The notes under the pieces: model-generated | Database searches by the model: none | The model's input: the letters and a program-made list of their open reading frames with translations, nothing else | Told to the model about the DNA's origin: nothing | Shown: piece after piece, positions 1-21,267 of the stretch | Layout: the number at the start of each line of letters is the position of its first letter | Position numbering within the stretch: the first letter of the stretch is position 1 | Program-made: the position numbers and the translations under genes | Origin: the human T2T-CHM13v2.0 reference genome, Homo sapiens | DNA: 64,000 nt | Reading direction: 5' to 3' (one strand) | Assembly (NCBI RefSeq): GCF_009914755.1 | Contig: NC_060948.1

Positions 1-70
1 CCAAGCCCACACGTTATTAGGCTGCGCTTCTTAAAACAAGTTATGAGATGGGAAAAAGGGCACCCACAAA

Positions 71-1921
<1,851 letters not shown>

Positions 1922-2490
1922 AGATCCATATTTTTTAAATGAAAAAAAATTTCAAAGGTACTCTGCTTGGTACAATAATCAAATGTATAAACTGAGGAAT
2001 AAAACATAACCATGAAACCTACTTATAACTGCATATGGAAAATACAGAGGATAATTTTTTAAATAACGTATTTTGAAAGCCTTAACTAGTAATTTGAAGA
2101 GTTGGCATTTGAAAGGCCAGTATGAATATACCTTCAAAGCAGCAACACAGGTTCCCCATGAGAAAAAGCAAACTCAGGGAAAATAAAACCACAAAGGTTC
2201 AATCTCTTCTGACCTTTGAAAGACACAGCACAGACAGTGGTCCTTAGGACGAAGAGCAGGAGACCCCTAATTCCGTCACCATGGCGATAGGGCATAAACT
2301 TTGCTGGGTGAGGGCACAATCCACATTGTGAGGTCCAACTGCTGCCAGGAAGACAGGAGTGCTTTTACATAGACCGAGAGGTCATTGAAGGCTCAGAGTT
2401 TTGTTTCAAGAACTGAATCCCAAGCCCACACGTTATTAGGCTGCGCTTCTTAAAACAAGTTATGAGATGGGAAAAAGGGCACCTACAAAC
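1922..2490. repeat. Mixed-composition ~570 bp segment (HSATI-type part of DYZ2), representative; one follows each Alu
   Basis: Non-Alu, non-TA sequence (AGATCCATATTTTTTAAATG ... GGGAAAAAGGGCACC) near-identical in all units. The HSATI name comes from knowledge of the DYZ2 unit structure, not from a database search. Confidence 0.8.
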
Positions 2491-4021
2491 ATACGTATAC
2501 ATTATGTATATAATAATATACAGTATCATATATATAATATATATAACCCATGTATAATATTGTTTTACATCCTGCATCTTATATTATATATATTGTATAA
2601 AATATAATAATTGATAATATATAAATTTTATATTTATACAATATGACATATAGTATATATTATAATTTATTACATATATAATATATGTTATATATCATAT
2701 ATAGAATATATTATACGGTTAATATACGTATTAAATATAAATTATACATTATATATATTATATATAATATATCTGCTATATATAATACCCATTGTGCATA
2801 ATATATATATTATGTCTATGTTATATATAGTATAAAACAATATATAATAATATATAATTGTATATATAAAACGCGACATATAATATATATTATATTTTAT
2901 GACATATGTAATATATATTATATATTATATATAATACGTTGTATGTATAATACCTATATTAAATAAAAATTATATGACTATGTTATTAATTACATGTCAC
3001 ATATGTTATATATTATATATTTTACATAGAATATACCGGTTATATACAATATATACTATGTTACCTATAATGTATAATTTATTACATGTAAAATAAAGAA
3101 TGCAATATATTATGTATAATTTATAATATACAATATGTGGAATGTGATATATATAACATATACTATATGATATATGATATACAGTATATGATATATAACA
3201 TACAATATATGATACCTAATATATATGGTATACAATATATATTTTATGATATGTATTCTATATGTTTTATATTCTGTTATATATAACTATTTGAAATTAT
3301 ATATAACTGTATAATATTTTATGTAAATATGTAATATAATATATAACTATATAATATATTATATATAACTATATATTATGTTATATATACTTTTATAACA
3401 TAATTTACATAAAATATCATAATATAATATATATTATATTATTTCATATTACATAATATATATTACATATCACCCAATATAAGTAACATACATATTATAA
3501 TATGGATTATATTATGTTATATTAAATATCATATATATCATGTATCATATATCCTATAATATATATTACACATTATATAATATGTATGTTGTCTATTATG
3601 TGATATATATAACTATATATATAATTATATTATTATACATATAACTAGATAAACATGTAATTCTACATAATTTCATTTATAATATATAGAATTATATAAT
3701 CATATACAATTATTTATATTCTATAAAAAATTATATCATTATATAAATTATAATATAAAAAAATTATAATATGTACTACAAATATATATATTATATATCA
3801 TATATGATATAGTACCTTTGTTATATATCATAATACATATAAATGTGTATTATGTTATCTATAATTATATAATTTCATATATAAGATGTATAATATGTAT
3901 TATATATTGTCTATGTTATGTAATATATATAGTATATATAAGCTGACACAGGATAAATATTATATACTATGACATATAAAATATATGAGGTTATATGTTA
4001 CATATAAGGCATAGCACATAA

Positions 4022-4336
<315 letters not shown>

Positions 4337-6464
4337 AGATCCATATTTTTTAAATGAAAAAAAATTTCAAAGGTACTCTGCTTGGTACAATAATCAAATG
4401 TATAAACTGAGGAATAAAACATAACCATGAAACCTACTTATAACTGCATATGGAAAATACAGAGGATAATTTTTTAAATCACATATTTTGAAAGCCTTAA
4501 CTAGTAATTTGAAGAGTTGGCATTTGAAAGGCCAGTATGAATATACCTTCAAAGCAGCAACACAGGTTCCCCATGAGAAAAAGCAAACTCAGGGAAAATA
4601 AAACCACAAAGGTTCAATCTCTTCTGACCTTTGAAAGACACAGCACAGACAGTGGTCCTTAGGACGAAGAGCAGGAGACCCCTAATTCCGTCACCATGGC
4701 GATAGGGCATAAACATTGCTGGGTGAGGGCACAATCCACATTGTGAGGTCCAACTGCTGCCAGGAAGACAGGAGTGCTTTTACATAGACCGAAAGGTCAT
4801 TGAAGGCTCAGAGTTTTGTTTCAAGAACTGAATCCCAAGCCCACACGTTATTAGGCTGCGCTTCTTAAAACAAGTTATGAGATGGGAAAAAGGGCACCCA
4901 CAAACATACGTATACATTATGTATATAATAATATACAGTATCATATATATAATATATATAACCTATGTATAATATTGTTTTACATCCTGCATCTTATATT
5001 ATATATATTGTATAAAATATAATAATTGATAAAATATAAGTTTTATATTTATACAATATGACATATAGTATATATTATAATTTATTACATATATAATATA
5101 TGTTATATATCATATATAGAATATATTATACGGTTAATATACGTATTAAATATAAATTATACATTATATATATTATATAAAATATATCTGTTATATATAA
5201 TACCCATTATGCATAATATATATATTATGTCTATGTTATATATACTATAAAACAACATATAATAATATATAACTGTATATATAAAATGCGACATATAATA
5301 TATATTATATTTTATGACATATGTAATATATATTATATATTATATATAATACGTTGTATGTATAATACCTATATTAAATATATATTATATGACTATGTTA
5401 TTAATTACATGTCACATATGTTATATATTATATATTTTACATAGAATATACCGGTTACATACAATATATACTATGTTACCTATAATGTATAATTGATTAC
5501 ATGTAAAATAAAGAATGCAATATATTATGTATAATTTATAATATACAATATGTGGAATGTGATATATATAACATATAATATATGATATATGATATACAGT
5601 ATATGATATATAACATACAATATATGATACCTGATATATATGGTATACAATATATATTTTATGATATGTATTCTCTTTGTTTTATATTCTGTTATATATA
5701 ACTATTTGAAATTATATATAACTGTATAATATTTTATGTAAATATGTAATATAATATATATAACTATATAATATTTTATATATAACTATATATTATGTTA
5801 TATATACTTTTATAACATAATTTACATAAAATATCATAATATAATATATATTATATTATTTCATATTACATAATATACATTCCATATCACCCAATATAAG
5901 TAACATACATAATATTATAATATAGAATATATTATGTTATATTAAATTTCATATATATCATGTATCATATATTCCATAATATACATTATACATTATACAA
6001 TATGTATGTTGTCTATTATGTGATATATATAACTATATATATAATTATATTGTTATACATATAACTAGATAAACATGTAATTCTACATATTTTCATTTAT
6101 AATATATAGAATTATATAATCATATATAATTATTTATATTCTATAAAAAATTATATCATTATATAAATTATAATATATAAAAATCATAATATGTCCTACA
6201 AATATATATATTATATATCATATATGATATAGTACCTTTGTTGTATATCATAATACATATAAATGTGTATTATGTTATCTATAATTATATAATTTCATAT
6301 ATAAGATGTACAATATGTATTATATATTATATATGTTATGTAATATATATAGTATATATAAGATGACACAGGATAAATATTATATACTGTGACATATAAA
6401 ATATATGAGGTTATATGTTACATATAAGGCATAGCACATAACATGTAATATATATCATCTATAA

Positions 6465-6756
6465 TTTTTTTTTAGACAGAGTCTTGTCCTGTTGCACAGG
6501 GTGGAGTACAATGGCGCCATCTTTGCTCATTGCAACATCTGCCTCACGGGTCCAAGCGATTGTCCTCCCTCAGCCTGCCAGGTAGCTGGGACTACACCAC
6601 ACTGGGACTACACCAGCTGCCACCATGCCTAGCTAATTTTTTGGATTTTTAGTAGTGACAGCGTTTCACTGTATTGGCCAGGATGGTCTTGATCTCTTCA
6701 CCTTGTGATCCCCTTGTCTTGACCTCCAAATTTGCTGGGATTACAGGCCTGAGCCA
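6465..6756 (-). mobile_element. Alu, unit 3
   Basis: Same motifs as 1630-1921. Confidence 0.95.
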
Positions 6757-8882
6757 AGATCCATATTTTTTAAATGAAAAAAAATTTCAAAGGTACTCTG
6801 CTTGGTACAATAATCAAATGTATAAACTGAGGAATAAAACATAACCATGAAACCTACTTATAACTGCATATGGAAAATACAGAGGATAATTTTTTAAATC
6901 ACATATTTTGAAAGCCTTAACTAGTAATTTGAAGAGTTGGCATTTGAAAGGCCAGTATGAATATACCTTCAAAGCAGCAACACAGGTTCCCCATGAGAAA
7001 AAGCAAACTCAGGGAAAATAAAACCACAAAGGTTCAATCTCTTCTGACCTTTGAAAGACACAGCACAGACAGTGGTCCTCAGGACGAAGAGCAGGAGACC
7101 CCTAATTCCGTCACCATGGCGATAGGGCATAAACATTGCTGGGTGAGGGCACAATCCACATTGTGAGGTCCAACTGCTGCCAGGAAGACAGGAGTGCTTT
7201 TACATAGACCGAAACGTCATTGAAGGCTCAGAGTTTTATTTCAAGAACTGAATCCCAAGCCCACACGTTATTAGGCTGCGCTTCTTAAAACAAGTTATGA
7301 GATGGGAAAAAGGGCACCCACAAACATACGTATATATTATGTATATAATAATATACAGTATCATATATATAATATATATAACCTATGTATAATATTGTTT
7401 TACATCCTGCATCTTATATTATATATATTGTATAAAATATAATAATTGATAATATATAAGTTCTATATTTATACAATATGACATATAGTATATATTATAA
7501 TTTATGACATATATAATATATGTTATATATCATATATAGAATATATTATACGGTTAATATACGTATTAAATATAAATTATACATGATATATATTATATAT
7601 AATATATCTGTTATATATAATACCCATTATGCATAATATATATATTATATCTATGTTATATATAGTATAAAACAACATATAATAATATATAATTGTATAT
7701 ATAAAATGCGACATATAATATATATTATATTTTATGACATATGTAATATATATTATATATTATATATAATACGTTGTATGTATAATACCTATATTAAATA
7801 TATATTATATGACTATGTTATTAATTACATGTCACATGTGTTATATATTATATATTTTACATAGAATATACCGGTTACATACAATATATACTATGTTACC
7901 TGTAATGTATAATTTATTACATGTAAAATAAAGAATGCAATATATTATGTATAATTTATAATATACAATATGTGGAATGTGATATATATAACATATAATA
8001 TATGATATATGATATACAGTATATGATATATAACATACAATATATGATACCTAATATATATGGTATACAATATATATTTTATGATATGTATTCTCTATGT
8101 TTTATATTCTGTTATATATAACTATTTGAAATTATATATAACTGTATAATATTTTATGTAAATATGTAATATAATATATATAACTATATAATATATTATA
8201 TATAACTATATATTATGTTATATATACTTTTATAACATAATTTACATAAAATATCATAATATAATATATATTATATTATTTCATATTACATAATATATAT
8301 TACATATCACCCAATATAAGTAACATACATTGTATTATAATATAGAATATATTATGTTATATTAAATATCATATATATCATGTATCATATATGCTATAAT
8401 ATATATTATACATTATATAATATGTATGTTGTCTATTATGTGATATATATAACTATATATATAATTATATTATTATACATATAACTAGATAAACATGTAA
8501 TTCTACATATTTAGATTTATAATATATAGAATTATATAATCATATTTAATTATTTAAATTCTATAAAAAATTATATCATTATATAAATTATAATATATAA
8601 AAATTATAATATGTACTACAAATATATATTATATATCATATATGATATAGTACCTTTGTTATATATCATAATACATATAAATGTGTATTATGTTATCGAT
8701 AATTATATAATTTCATATATAAGATATATAATATGTATTATATATTATATATGTTATGTAATATATATAGTATATATAAGATGACACAGGATAAATATTA
8801 TATACTATGACATATAAAATATATGAGGTTATATGTTACATATAAGGCATAGCACATAACATGTAATATATATCATATATAA

Positions 8883-9174
<292 letters not shown>

Positions 9175-11302
9175 AGATCCATATTTTTTAAATGAAAAAA
9201 AATTTCAAAGGTACTCTGCTTGGTACAATAATCAAATGTATAAACTGAGGAATAAAACATAACCATGAAACCTACTTATAACTGCATATGGAAAATACAG
9301 AGGATAATTTTTTAAATAACATATTTTGAAAGCCTTAACTAGTAATTTGAAGAGTTGGCATTTGAAAGGCCAGTATGAATATACCTTCAAAGCAGCAACA
9401 CAGGTTCCCCATGAGAAAAAGCAAACTGAGGGAAAATAAAACCAAAAAGGTTCAATCTCTTCTGACCTTTGAAAGACACAGCACAGACAGTGGTCCTTAG
9501 GACGAAGAGCAGGAGACCCCTAATTCCGTCACCATGGCGATAGGGCATAAACATTGCTGGGTGAGGGCACAATCCACATTGTGAGGTCCAACTGCTGCCA
9601 GGAAGACAGGAGTGCTTTTACATAGACCGAAAGGTCATTGAAGGCTCAGAGTTTTGTTTCAAGAACTGAATCCCAAGCCCACACGTTATTAGGCTGCGCT
9701 TCTTAAAACAAGTTATGAGATGGGAAAAAGGGCACCCACAAACATACGTATACATTATGTATATAATAATATACAGTATCATATATATAATATATATAAC
9801 CTATGTATAATATTGTTTTACATCCTGCGTCTTATAATATATATATTGTATAAAATATAATAATTGATAATATATATGTTTTATATTTATACAATATGAC
9901 ATATAGTATATATTATAATTTATGACATATATAATATATGTTATATATCATATATAGAATATATTATACGGTTAATATACGTATTAAATATAAATTATAC
10001 ATTATATATATTATATATAATATATCTGTTATATATAATACCCATTATGCATAATATATATATTATGTCTATGTTATATATAGTATAAAACAACATATAA
10101 TAATATATAATTGTATATAGAAAACGCGACATATAATATATATTATATTTTATGACATATGTAATATATATTATATATTATATATAATACGTTGTATGTA
10201 TAATACCTATATTAAATATATATTATATGACTATGTTATTAATTACATGTCACATATGTTATATATTACATATTTTACATAGAATATACCGGTTACATAC
10301 AATATATACTATGTTAACTATAATGTATAATTGATTACATGTAAAATAAAGAATGCAATATATTATGTATAATTTATAATATACAATATGTGGAATGTGA
10401 TATATATAACATATAATATATGATATATGATATACAGTATATGATAATTAACATACAATATATGATACCTAATATATCTGGTATACAATATATATTTTAT
10501 GATATGTATTCTATATGTTTTATATTCTGTTATATATAACTATTTGAAATTATATATAACTGTATAATATTTTATGTAAATATGTAATATAATATATATA
10601 ACTATATAATATATTATATATAACTATATATTATGTTATACATACTTTTACAACATAATTTACATAAAATATCATAATATAATATATATTATATTATTTC
10701 ACATTACATAATATATATTACATATCACCCAATATATGTAACATACATAATATTATAATATAGATAATATTATGTTATATTAAATATCATATATATCATG
10801 TATCATATATCCTATAATATATATTACACATTATATAATATGTATGTTGTCTATTATGTGATATATATAACTATATATATAATTATATTATTATACATAT
10901 AACTAGATAAACATGTAATTCTACATAATTTCATTTATAATATATAGAATTATATAATCATATATAATTATTTATATTCTATAAAAAATTATATCATTAT
11001 ATAAATTATAATATAAAAAAATTATAATATGTACTACAAATATATATATTATATATCATATATGATATAGTACCTTTGTTATATATCATAATACATATAA
11101 ATGTGTATTATGTTATCTATAATTATATAATTTCATATATAAGATATATAATATGTATTATATATTGTCTATGTTATGTAATATATATAGTATATATAAG
11201 CTGACACAGGATAAATATTATATACTATGACATATAAAATATATGAGGTTATATGTTACATATAAGGCATAGCACACAACATGTAATATATATCATATAT
11301 AA

Positions 11303-11594
11303 TTTTTTTTTAGACAGAATCTTGTCCTGTTGCACAGGGTGGGGTACAATGGCGCCATCTTTGCTCACTGCAACTTCTGCCTCACGGGTCCAAGCGATGG
11401 TCCTCCCTCAGCCTCCCAGGTAGCTGGGACTACACCACACTGGGACTACACCAGCTGCCACCATGCCTAGCTAATTTTTTGGATTTTTAGTAGTGACAGC
11501 GTTTCACTGTATTGGCCAGGATGGTCTTGATCTCTTCACCTTGTGATCCCCTTGCCTTGGCCTCCAAATTTGCTGGGATTACAGGCCTGAGCCA
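11303..11594 (-). mobile_element. Alu, unit 5
   Basis: Same motifs as 1630-1921. Confidence 0.95.
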
Positions 11595-13692
11595 AGATCC
11601 ATATTTTTTAAATGAAAAAAAATTTCAAAGGTACTCTGCTTGGTACAATAATCAAATGTATAAACTGAGGAATAAAACATAACCATGAAACCTACTTATA
11701 ACTGCATATGGAAAATACAGAGGATAATTTTTTAAATAACATAGTTTGAAAGCCTTAACTAGTAATTTGAAGAGTTGGCATTTGAAAGGCCAGTATGAAT
11801 ATACCTTCAAAGCAGCAACACAGGTTCCCCATGAGAAAAAGCAAACACAGGGAAAATAAAAACACAAAGGTTCAATCTCTTCTGACCTTTGAAAGACACA
11901 GCACAGACAGTGGTCCTTAGGACGAAGAGCAGGAGACCCCTAATTCCGTCACCATGGCGATAGGGCATAAACATTGCTGGGTGAGGGCACAATCCACATT
12001 GTGAGGTCCAACTGCTGCCAGGAAGACAGGAGTGCTTTTACATAGACCGAAAGGTCATTGAAGGCTCAGAGTTTTGTTTCAAGAACTGAATCCCAAGCCC
12101 ACACGTTATTAGGCTGCGCTTCTTAAAACAAGTTATGAGATGGGAAAAAGGGCACCCACAAACATACGTATACATTATGTATATAATAATATACAGTGTC
12201 ATATATATAACCTGTGTATAATATTGTTTTACATCCTGCATCTTATGTTATTTATATTGTATAAAATATAATAATTGATAATATATAAGTTTTATAATTA
12301 TACAATATGACATATAGTATATATTATAATTTATGACATATATAATATATGTTATATGTCATATATAGAATATATTATACGGTTAATATACGTATTAAAT
12401 ATAAATTATACATTATATATATTATATATAATATATCTGATATATATAATACCCATTATGCATAATATATATATTATGTCTATGTTATATATAGTATAAA
12501 ACAACATATAATAATATATAATTGTATATATAAAATGCGACATATAATATATATTATATTTTATAACATATGTAATATATATTATATATTATATATAATA
12601 CGTTGTATGTATAATACCTATATTAAATATATATTATATGACTATGTTATTAATTACATGTCACATGTGTTATATATTATATATTTTACATAGAATATAC
12701 CGGTTACATACAATATATACTATGTTACCTATAATGTATAATTTATTACATGTAAAATAAAGAATGCAATATATTATGTAAAATTTATAATATACAATAT
12801 GTGGAATGTGATATATATAACATATAATATATGATATATGATATACAGTATATGATATATAACATACAATATATGATTCCTAATATATATGGTATACAAT
12901 ATATATTTTATGATATGTATTCTATATGTTTTATATTCTGTTATATATAACTATTTGAAATTATATATAACTGTATAATATTTTATGTAAATATGTAATA
13001 TAATATATATAACTATATAATATATTATATATAACTATATATTATGTTATATATACTTTTATAACATAATTTACATAAAATATCATAATATAATATATAT
13101 TATATTATTTCATATTACATAATATATATGACATATCACCCAATATAACTAACATACATAATATTATAATATAGATTATATTATGTTATATTAAATATCA
13201 TATATATCATGTATCATATATTCTATAATATATATTACACATTATATAATATGTATGTTGTCTATTATGTGATATATATAACTATATATATAATTATATT
13301 TTTATACATATAACTAGATAAACATGTAATTCTACATATTTTCATTTATAATATGTAGAATTATATAATCATATATAATTATTTATATTCTATAAAAAAT
13401 TTTATCATTATATAAATTATAATATATAAAAATTATAATATGTACTACAAATATGTATATATTATATATCATATATGATATAGTACCTTTGTTATATATC
13501 ATAATACATATAAATGTGTATTATGTTATCTATAATTATATATTTTCATATATAAGATGTATAATATGTATCATATATTATATATGTTATGTAATATATA
13601 TAGTATATATAAGATGACACAGGATAAATATTATATACTATGACATATAAAATATATGAGGTTATATGTTACATATAAGGCATAGCACATAA

Positions 13693-14007
<315 letters not shown>

Positions 14008-16114
14008 AGATCCATACTTTTTAAATAAAAAAAAATTTCAAAGGTACACTGCTTGGTACAATAATCAAATGTATACACTGAGGAATAAAACATAACCATG
14101 AAACCTACTTATAACTGCATATGGAAAATACAGAGGATAATTTTTTAAATAACATATTTTGAAAGCCTTAACTAGTAATTTGAAGAGTTGGCATTTGAAA
14201 GGCCAGTATGAATATACCTTCAAAGCAGCAACACAGGTTCCCCATGAGAAAAAGCAAACTCAGGGAAAATAAAAACACAAAGGTTCAATCTCTTCTGACC
14301 TTTGAAAGACACAGCACAGACAGTGGTCCTTAGGACGAAGAGCAGGAGACCCCTAATTCCGTCACCATGGCGATAGGGCATAAACATTGCTGGGTGAGGG
14401 CACAATCCACATTGTGAGGTCCAACTGCTGCCAGGAAGACAGGAGTGCTTTTACATAGACCGAAAGGTCATTGAAGGCTCAGAGTTTTGTTTCAAGAACT
14501 GAATCCCAAGCACACACGATATTAGGCTGCGCTTCTTAAAACAAGTTATGAGATGGGAAAAAGGGCACCCACAAACATACGTATACATTATGTATATAAT
14601 AATATACAGTGTCATATATATAATATATATAACCTATGTATAATATTGTTTTACATCCTGCATCTTATGTTATATATATTGTATAAAATATAATTATTGA
14701 TAATATATAAGTTTTATAATTATACTACATGACATATAGTATATATTATAATTTATGACATATATAATATATGTTATATATCATATATAGAATATATTAT
14801 ACGGTTAATATACGTATTAAATATAAATTATACATTATATATATAATATATAATTTATCTGTTATATATAATACCCATTATGCATAATATATATATTATG
14901 TCTATGTTATATATAGTATAAAACAACATATAATAATATATAATTGTATATATAAAATGCGACATATAATATATATTATATTTTATAACATATGTAATAT
15001 ATATTATATATTATATATAATACGTTGTATGTATAATACCTATATTAAATATATATTATATGACTATGTTATTAATTACATGTCACATGTGTTATATATT
15101 ATATATTTTACATAGAATATACCGGTTACATACAATATATACTATGTTACCTATAATGTATAATTTATTACATGTAAAATAAAGAATGCAATATATTATG
15201 TAAAATTTATAACATACAATATGTGGAATGTGATATATATAACATATAATATATGATATATGATATACAATATATGATATATAACATACAATATATGATT
15301 CCTAATATATATGGTATACAATGTATATTTTATGATATGAATTCTCTATGTTTTATATTCTGTTATATATAACTATTTGAAATTATATATAACTGTATAA
15401 TATTTTATTTAAATATGTAATATAATATATATAACTATATAATATATTATATATAACTATATATTATGTTATATATACTTTTATATCATAATTTACATAA
15501 AATATCATAATATAATATATATTATATTATTTCATATTACATAATATATATTACATATCACCCAATGTAACTAACATACATAATATTATAATATAGATTA
15601 TATTGTGTTATATTAAATATCATATATATCATGTATCATATATTCTATAATATATATTACACATTATATAATATGTATGTTGTCTATTATGTGATATATA
15701 TAACTATATATATAATTATATTTTTATACATATAACTAGATAAACATGTAATTCTACATATTTTCATTTATAATATGTAGAATTATATAATCATATATAA
15801 TTATTTATATTCTATAAAAAATTTTATCATTATATAAATTATAATATATAAAAATTATAATATGTACTACAAATATATATATACTATATATCATATATGA
15901 TATAGTACCTTTGTTATATATCATAATACATATAAATGTGTATTATGTTATCTATAATTATATAATTTCATATATAAGATGTATAATATGTATCATATAT
16001 TATATATGTTATGTAATATATATAGTATATATAAGATGACACAGGATAAATATTATATACTATGACATATAAAATATATGAGGTTATATGTTACATATAA
16101 GGCATAGCACATAA

Positions 16115-16429
<315 letters not shown>

Positions 16430-18555
16430 AGATCCATACTTTTTAAATGAAAAAAAATTTCAAAGGTACTCTGCTTGGTACAATAATCAAATGTATACAC
16501 TGAGGAATAAAACATAACCATGAAACCTACTTATAACTGCATATGGAAAATACAGAGGATAATTTTTTAAATAACATATTTTGAAAGCCTTAACTAGTAA
16601 TTTGAAGAGTTGGCATTTGAAAGGCCAGTATGAATATACCTTCAAAGCAGCAACACAGGTTCCCCATGAGAAAAAGCAAACTCAGGGAAAATAAAAACAC
16701 AAAGGTTCAATCTCTTCTGACCTTTGAAAGACACAGCACAGACAGTGGTCCTTAGGACGAAGAGCAGGAGACCCCTAATTCCGTCACCATGGCGATAGGG
16801 CATAAACATTGCTGGGTGAGGGCACAATCCACATTGTGAGGTCCAACTGCTGCCAGGAAGACAGGAGTGCTTTTACATAGACCGAAAGGTCATTGAAGGC
16901 TCAGAGTTTTGTTTCAAGAACTGAATCCCAAGCCCACACGTTATTAGGCTGCGCTTCTTAAAACAAGTTATGAGATGGGAAAAAGGGCACCCACAAAAAT
17001 ACGTATACATTATGTATATAATAATATACAGTATCATATATATAATATATATAACCCATGTATAATATTGTTTTACATCCTGCATCTTATATTATATATA
17101 TTGTATAAAATATAATAATTGATAATATATAAGTTTTATATTTATACAATATGACATATAGTATATATTATAATTTATGACATATATAATATATGTTATA
17201 TATCATATATAGAATATATTATACGGTTAATATACGTATTAAATACAAATTATACATTATATATATTATATATAATATATCTGCTATATATAATAACCAT
17301 TATGCATAATATATATATATGTCTATGTTATATATAGTATAAAACAACATATAATAATATATAATTGTATATATAAAATGCGACATATAATATATATTAT
17401 ATTTTATGACATATGTAATATATATTATATATTATATATAATACGTTGTATGTATAATACCTATATTAAATATATATTATATGACTATGTTATTAATTAC
17501 ATGTCACATGTGTTATATATTATTTATTTTACACAGAATATACCGGTTACATACAATATATACTATGTTACCTACAATGTATAATTTATTACATGTAAAA
17601 TAAAGAATGCAATATATTATGTATAATTTATAATATACAATATGTGGAATGTGATATACATAACATATAATATATGATATAGGATATAGAGTATATGATA
17701 TATAACATACAATATATGATACCTAATATATATGGTATACAATATATATTTTATGATATGTATTCTCTATGTTTTATATTCTGTTATATATAACTATTTG
17801 AAATTATATATAACTGTATAATATTCTATGTAAATATGTAATATAATATATATAAAAATATAATATATTATATATAACTATATATAATGTTATATATACT
17901 TTTATAACATAATTTACATAAAATATCATGATATAATATATATTATATTATTTCATATTACATAATATATATTACATATCACCCAATATAAGTAACATAC
18001 ATAATATTATAATATAGATTTTATTATGTTATATTAAATATCATATATGTCATGTATCATATATTCTATAATATATATTATACATTATATAATATGTATG
18101 TTGTCTATTATGTGATATATATAACTATATATATAATTATATTATTATACATATAACGAGATAAACATGAAATTCTACATATTTTCATTTATAATATATA
18201 GAATTATATAATCATATATAATTATTTATATTCTATAAAAATTATATCATTATATAAATTATAATATATAAAAATTGTAATATGTACTACAAATATATAT
18301 ATTATATATCATATATGATATAGTACCTTTGTTATATATCATAATACATATAAATGTGTATTATGTCATCTATAATTATATAATTTCATATATAAGATGT
18401 ATAATATGTATTATATATTATATATGTTATGTAATATATATAGTATATATAAGATGACACAGGATAAATATTATATACTATGACATGTAAAATATATGAG
18501 GTTATATGTTACATATAAGGCATAGCACATAACATGTAATATATATCATATATAA

Positions 18556-18847
18556 TTTTTTTTTAGACAGAGTCTTGTCCTGTTGCACAGGGTGGAGTAC
18601 AACGGCGCCATCTTTGCTCACTGCAACATCTGCCTCACGGGTCCAAGCGATTGTCCTCCCTCAGCCTCCCAGGTAGCTGAGACTACACCACACTGGGACT
18701 ACACCAGCTGCCACCATGCCTAGCTAATTTTTTAGATTTTTAGTAGTGACAGCGTTTCACTGTATTGGCCAGGATGGTCTTGATCTCTTCACCTTGTGAT
18801 CCCCTTGCCTTGGCCTCCAAATTTGCTGGGATTACAGGCCTGAGCCA
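18556..18847 (-). mobile_element. Alu, unit 8
   Basis: Same motifs as 1630-1921. Confidence 0.95.
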
Positions 18848-20975
18848 AGATCCATATTTTTTAAATGAAAAAAAATTTCAAAGGTACTCTGTTTGGTACA
18901 ATAATCAAATGTATAAACTGAGGAATAAAACATAACCATGAAACCTACTTATAACTGCATATGGAAAATACAGAGGATAATTTTTTAAATAACATATTTT
19001 GAAAGCCTTAACTAGTAATTTGAAGAGTTGGCATTTGAAAGGCCAGTATGAATATACCTTCAAAGCAGCAACACAGGTTCCCCATGAGAAAAAGCAAACT
19101 CAGGGAAAATAAAACCACAAAGGTTCAATCTCTTCTGACCTTTGAAAGACACAGCACAGACAGTGGTCCTTAGGACGAAGAGCAGGAGACCCCTAATTCC
19201 GTCACCATGGCGATAGGGCATAAACATTGCTGGGTGAGGGCACAATCCACATTGTGAGGTCCAACTGCTGCCAGGAAGACAGGAGTGCTTTTACACAGAC
19301 CGAAAGGTCATTGAAGGCTCAGAGTTTTGTTTCAAGAACTGAATCCCAAGCCCACACGTTATTAGGCTGCGCTTCTTAAAACAAGTTATGAGATGGGAAA
19401 AAGGGCACCCACAAACATACGTATACATTATGTATATAATAATATACAGTATCATATATATAATATATATAACCTATGTATAATATTGTTTTACATCCTG
19501 CATCTTATGTTATATATATTGTATAAAATATAATAATTAATAATGTATAAGTTTTATATTTATACAATATGACATATAGTATATATTATAATTTATGACA
19601 TATATAATATATGTTATATATCATATATAGAATATATTATACGGTTAATATACGTATTAAATATAAATTATACATTATATATATTATATATAATATATCT
19701 GCTATATATAATACCCATTATGCATAATATATATATTATGTCTATGTTATATATAGTATAAAACAACATATAATAATATATAATTGTATATATAAAATGC
19801 GACATATAATATATATTATATTTTATGACATATGTAATATATATTATATATTATATATAATACGTTGTATGTATAATACCTATATTAAATATATATTATA
19901 TGACGATGTTATTAATTACATGTCAAATGTGTTATATATTATTTATTTTACACAGAATATACCGGTTACATACAATATGTACTATGTTACCTACAATGTA
20001 TAATTTATTACATGTAAAATAAAGAATACAATATATTATGTATAATTTATAATATACAATATGTGGATTGTGATATATATAACATATAATATATGATATA
20101 GGATATACAGTATATGGTATATAACATACAATATATGATACCTAATATATATGGTATACAATATATATTTTATGATATGTATTCCCTATGTTTTATATTC
20201 TGTTATATATAACTATTTGAAATTATATATAACTGTATAATATTTTATGTAAATATGTAATATAATATATATAAAAATATAATATATTATATATAACTAT
20301 ATATTATGTTATATATACTTTTATAACATAATTTATATAAAATATCATAATAAAATATATATTATATTATTTCATATTACATAATATATATTACATATCA
20401 CCCAATATAAGTAACATACATAATATTATAATATAGATTATATTATGTTATATTAAATATCATATATATCATGTATCATATATTCTATAATATATATTAT
20501 ACATTATGTAATATGTATGTTGTCTAATATGTGATATATATAACTATATATATAATTATATTATTATACATATAACTAGATAAACATGTAATTCTACATA
20601 TTTCCATTTATAATATATAGAATTATATAATCATATATAATTATTTATATTCTATAAAAAATTATATCATTATATAAATTATAATATATAAAAACTATAA
20701 TATGTACTACAAATATATATATTATATATCATATATGATATAGTACCTTTGTTATATATCATAATACATATAAATGTGTATTATGTTATCTATAATTATA
20801 TAATTTCATATGTAAGATGTATAATATGTATTATATATTATATATGTTATGTAATATATATAGTATATATAAGATGACACAGGATAAATATTATATACTA
20901 TGACATATAAAATATATGAGGTTATATGTTACATATAAGGCATAGCACATAACATGTAATATATATCATCTATAA

Positions 20976-21267
<292 letters not shown>

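Noticed and set aside
2134-2319. 61-aa minus-strand ORF (MCPHPAMFMPY...) open in all 26 units
   Set aside because: Persistence follows from near-identity of the units. It is short, resembles no protein I recognise, and I see no promoter, splice or synonymous-bias evidence. Ribosome profiling or proteomics would be needed.
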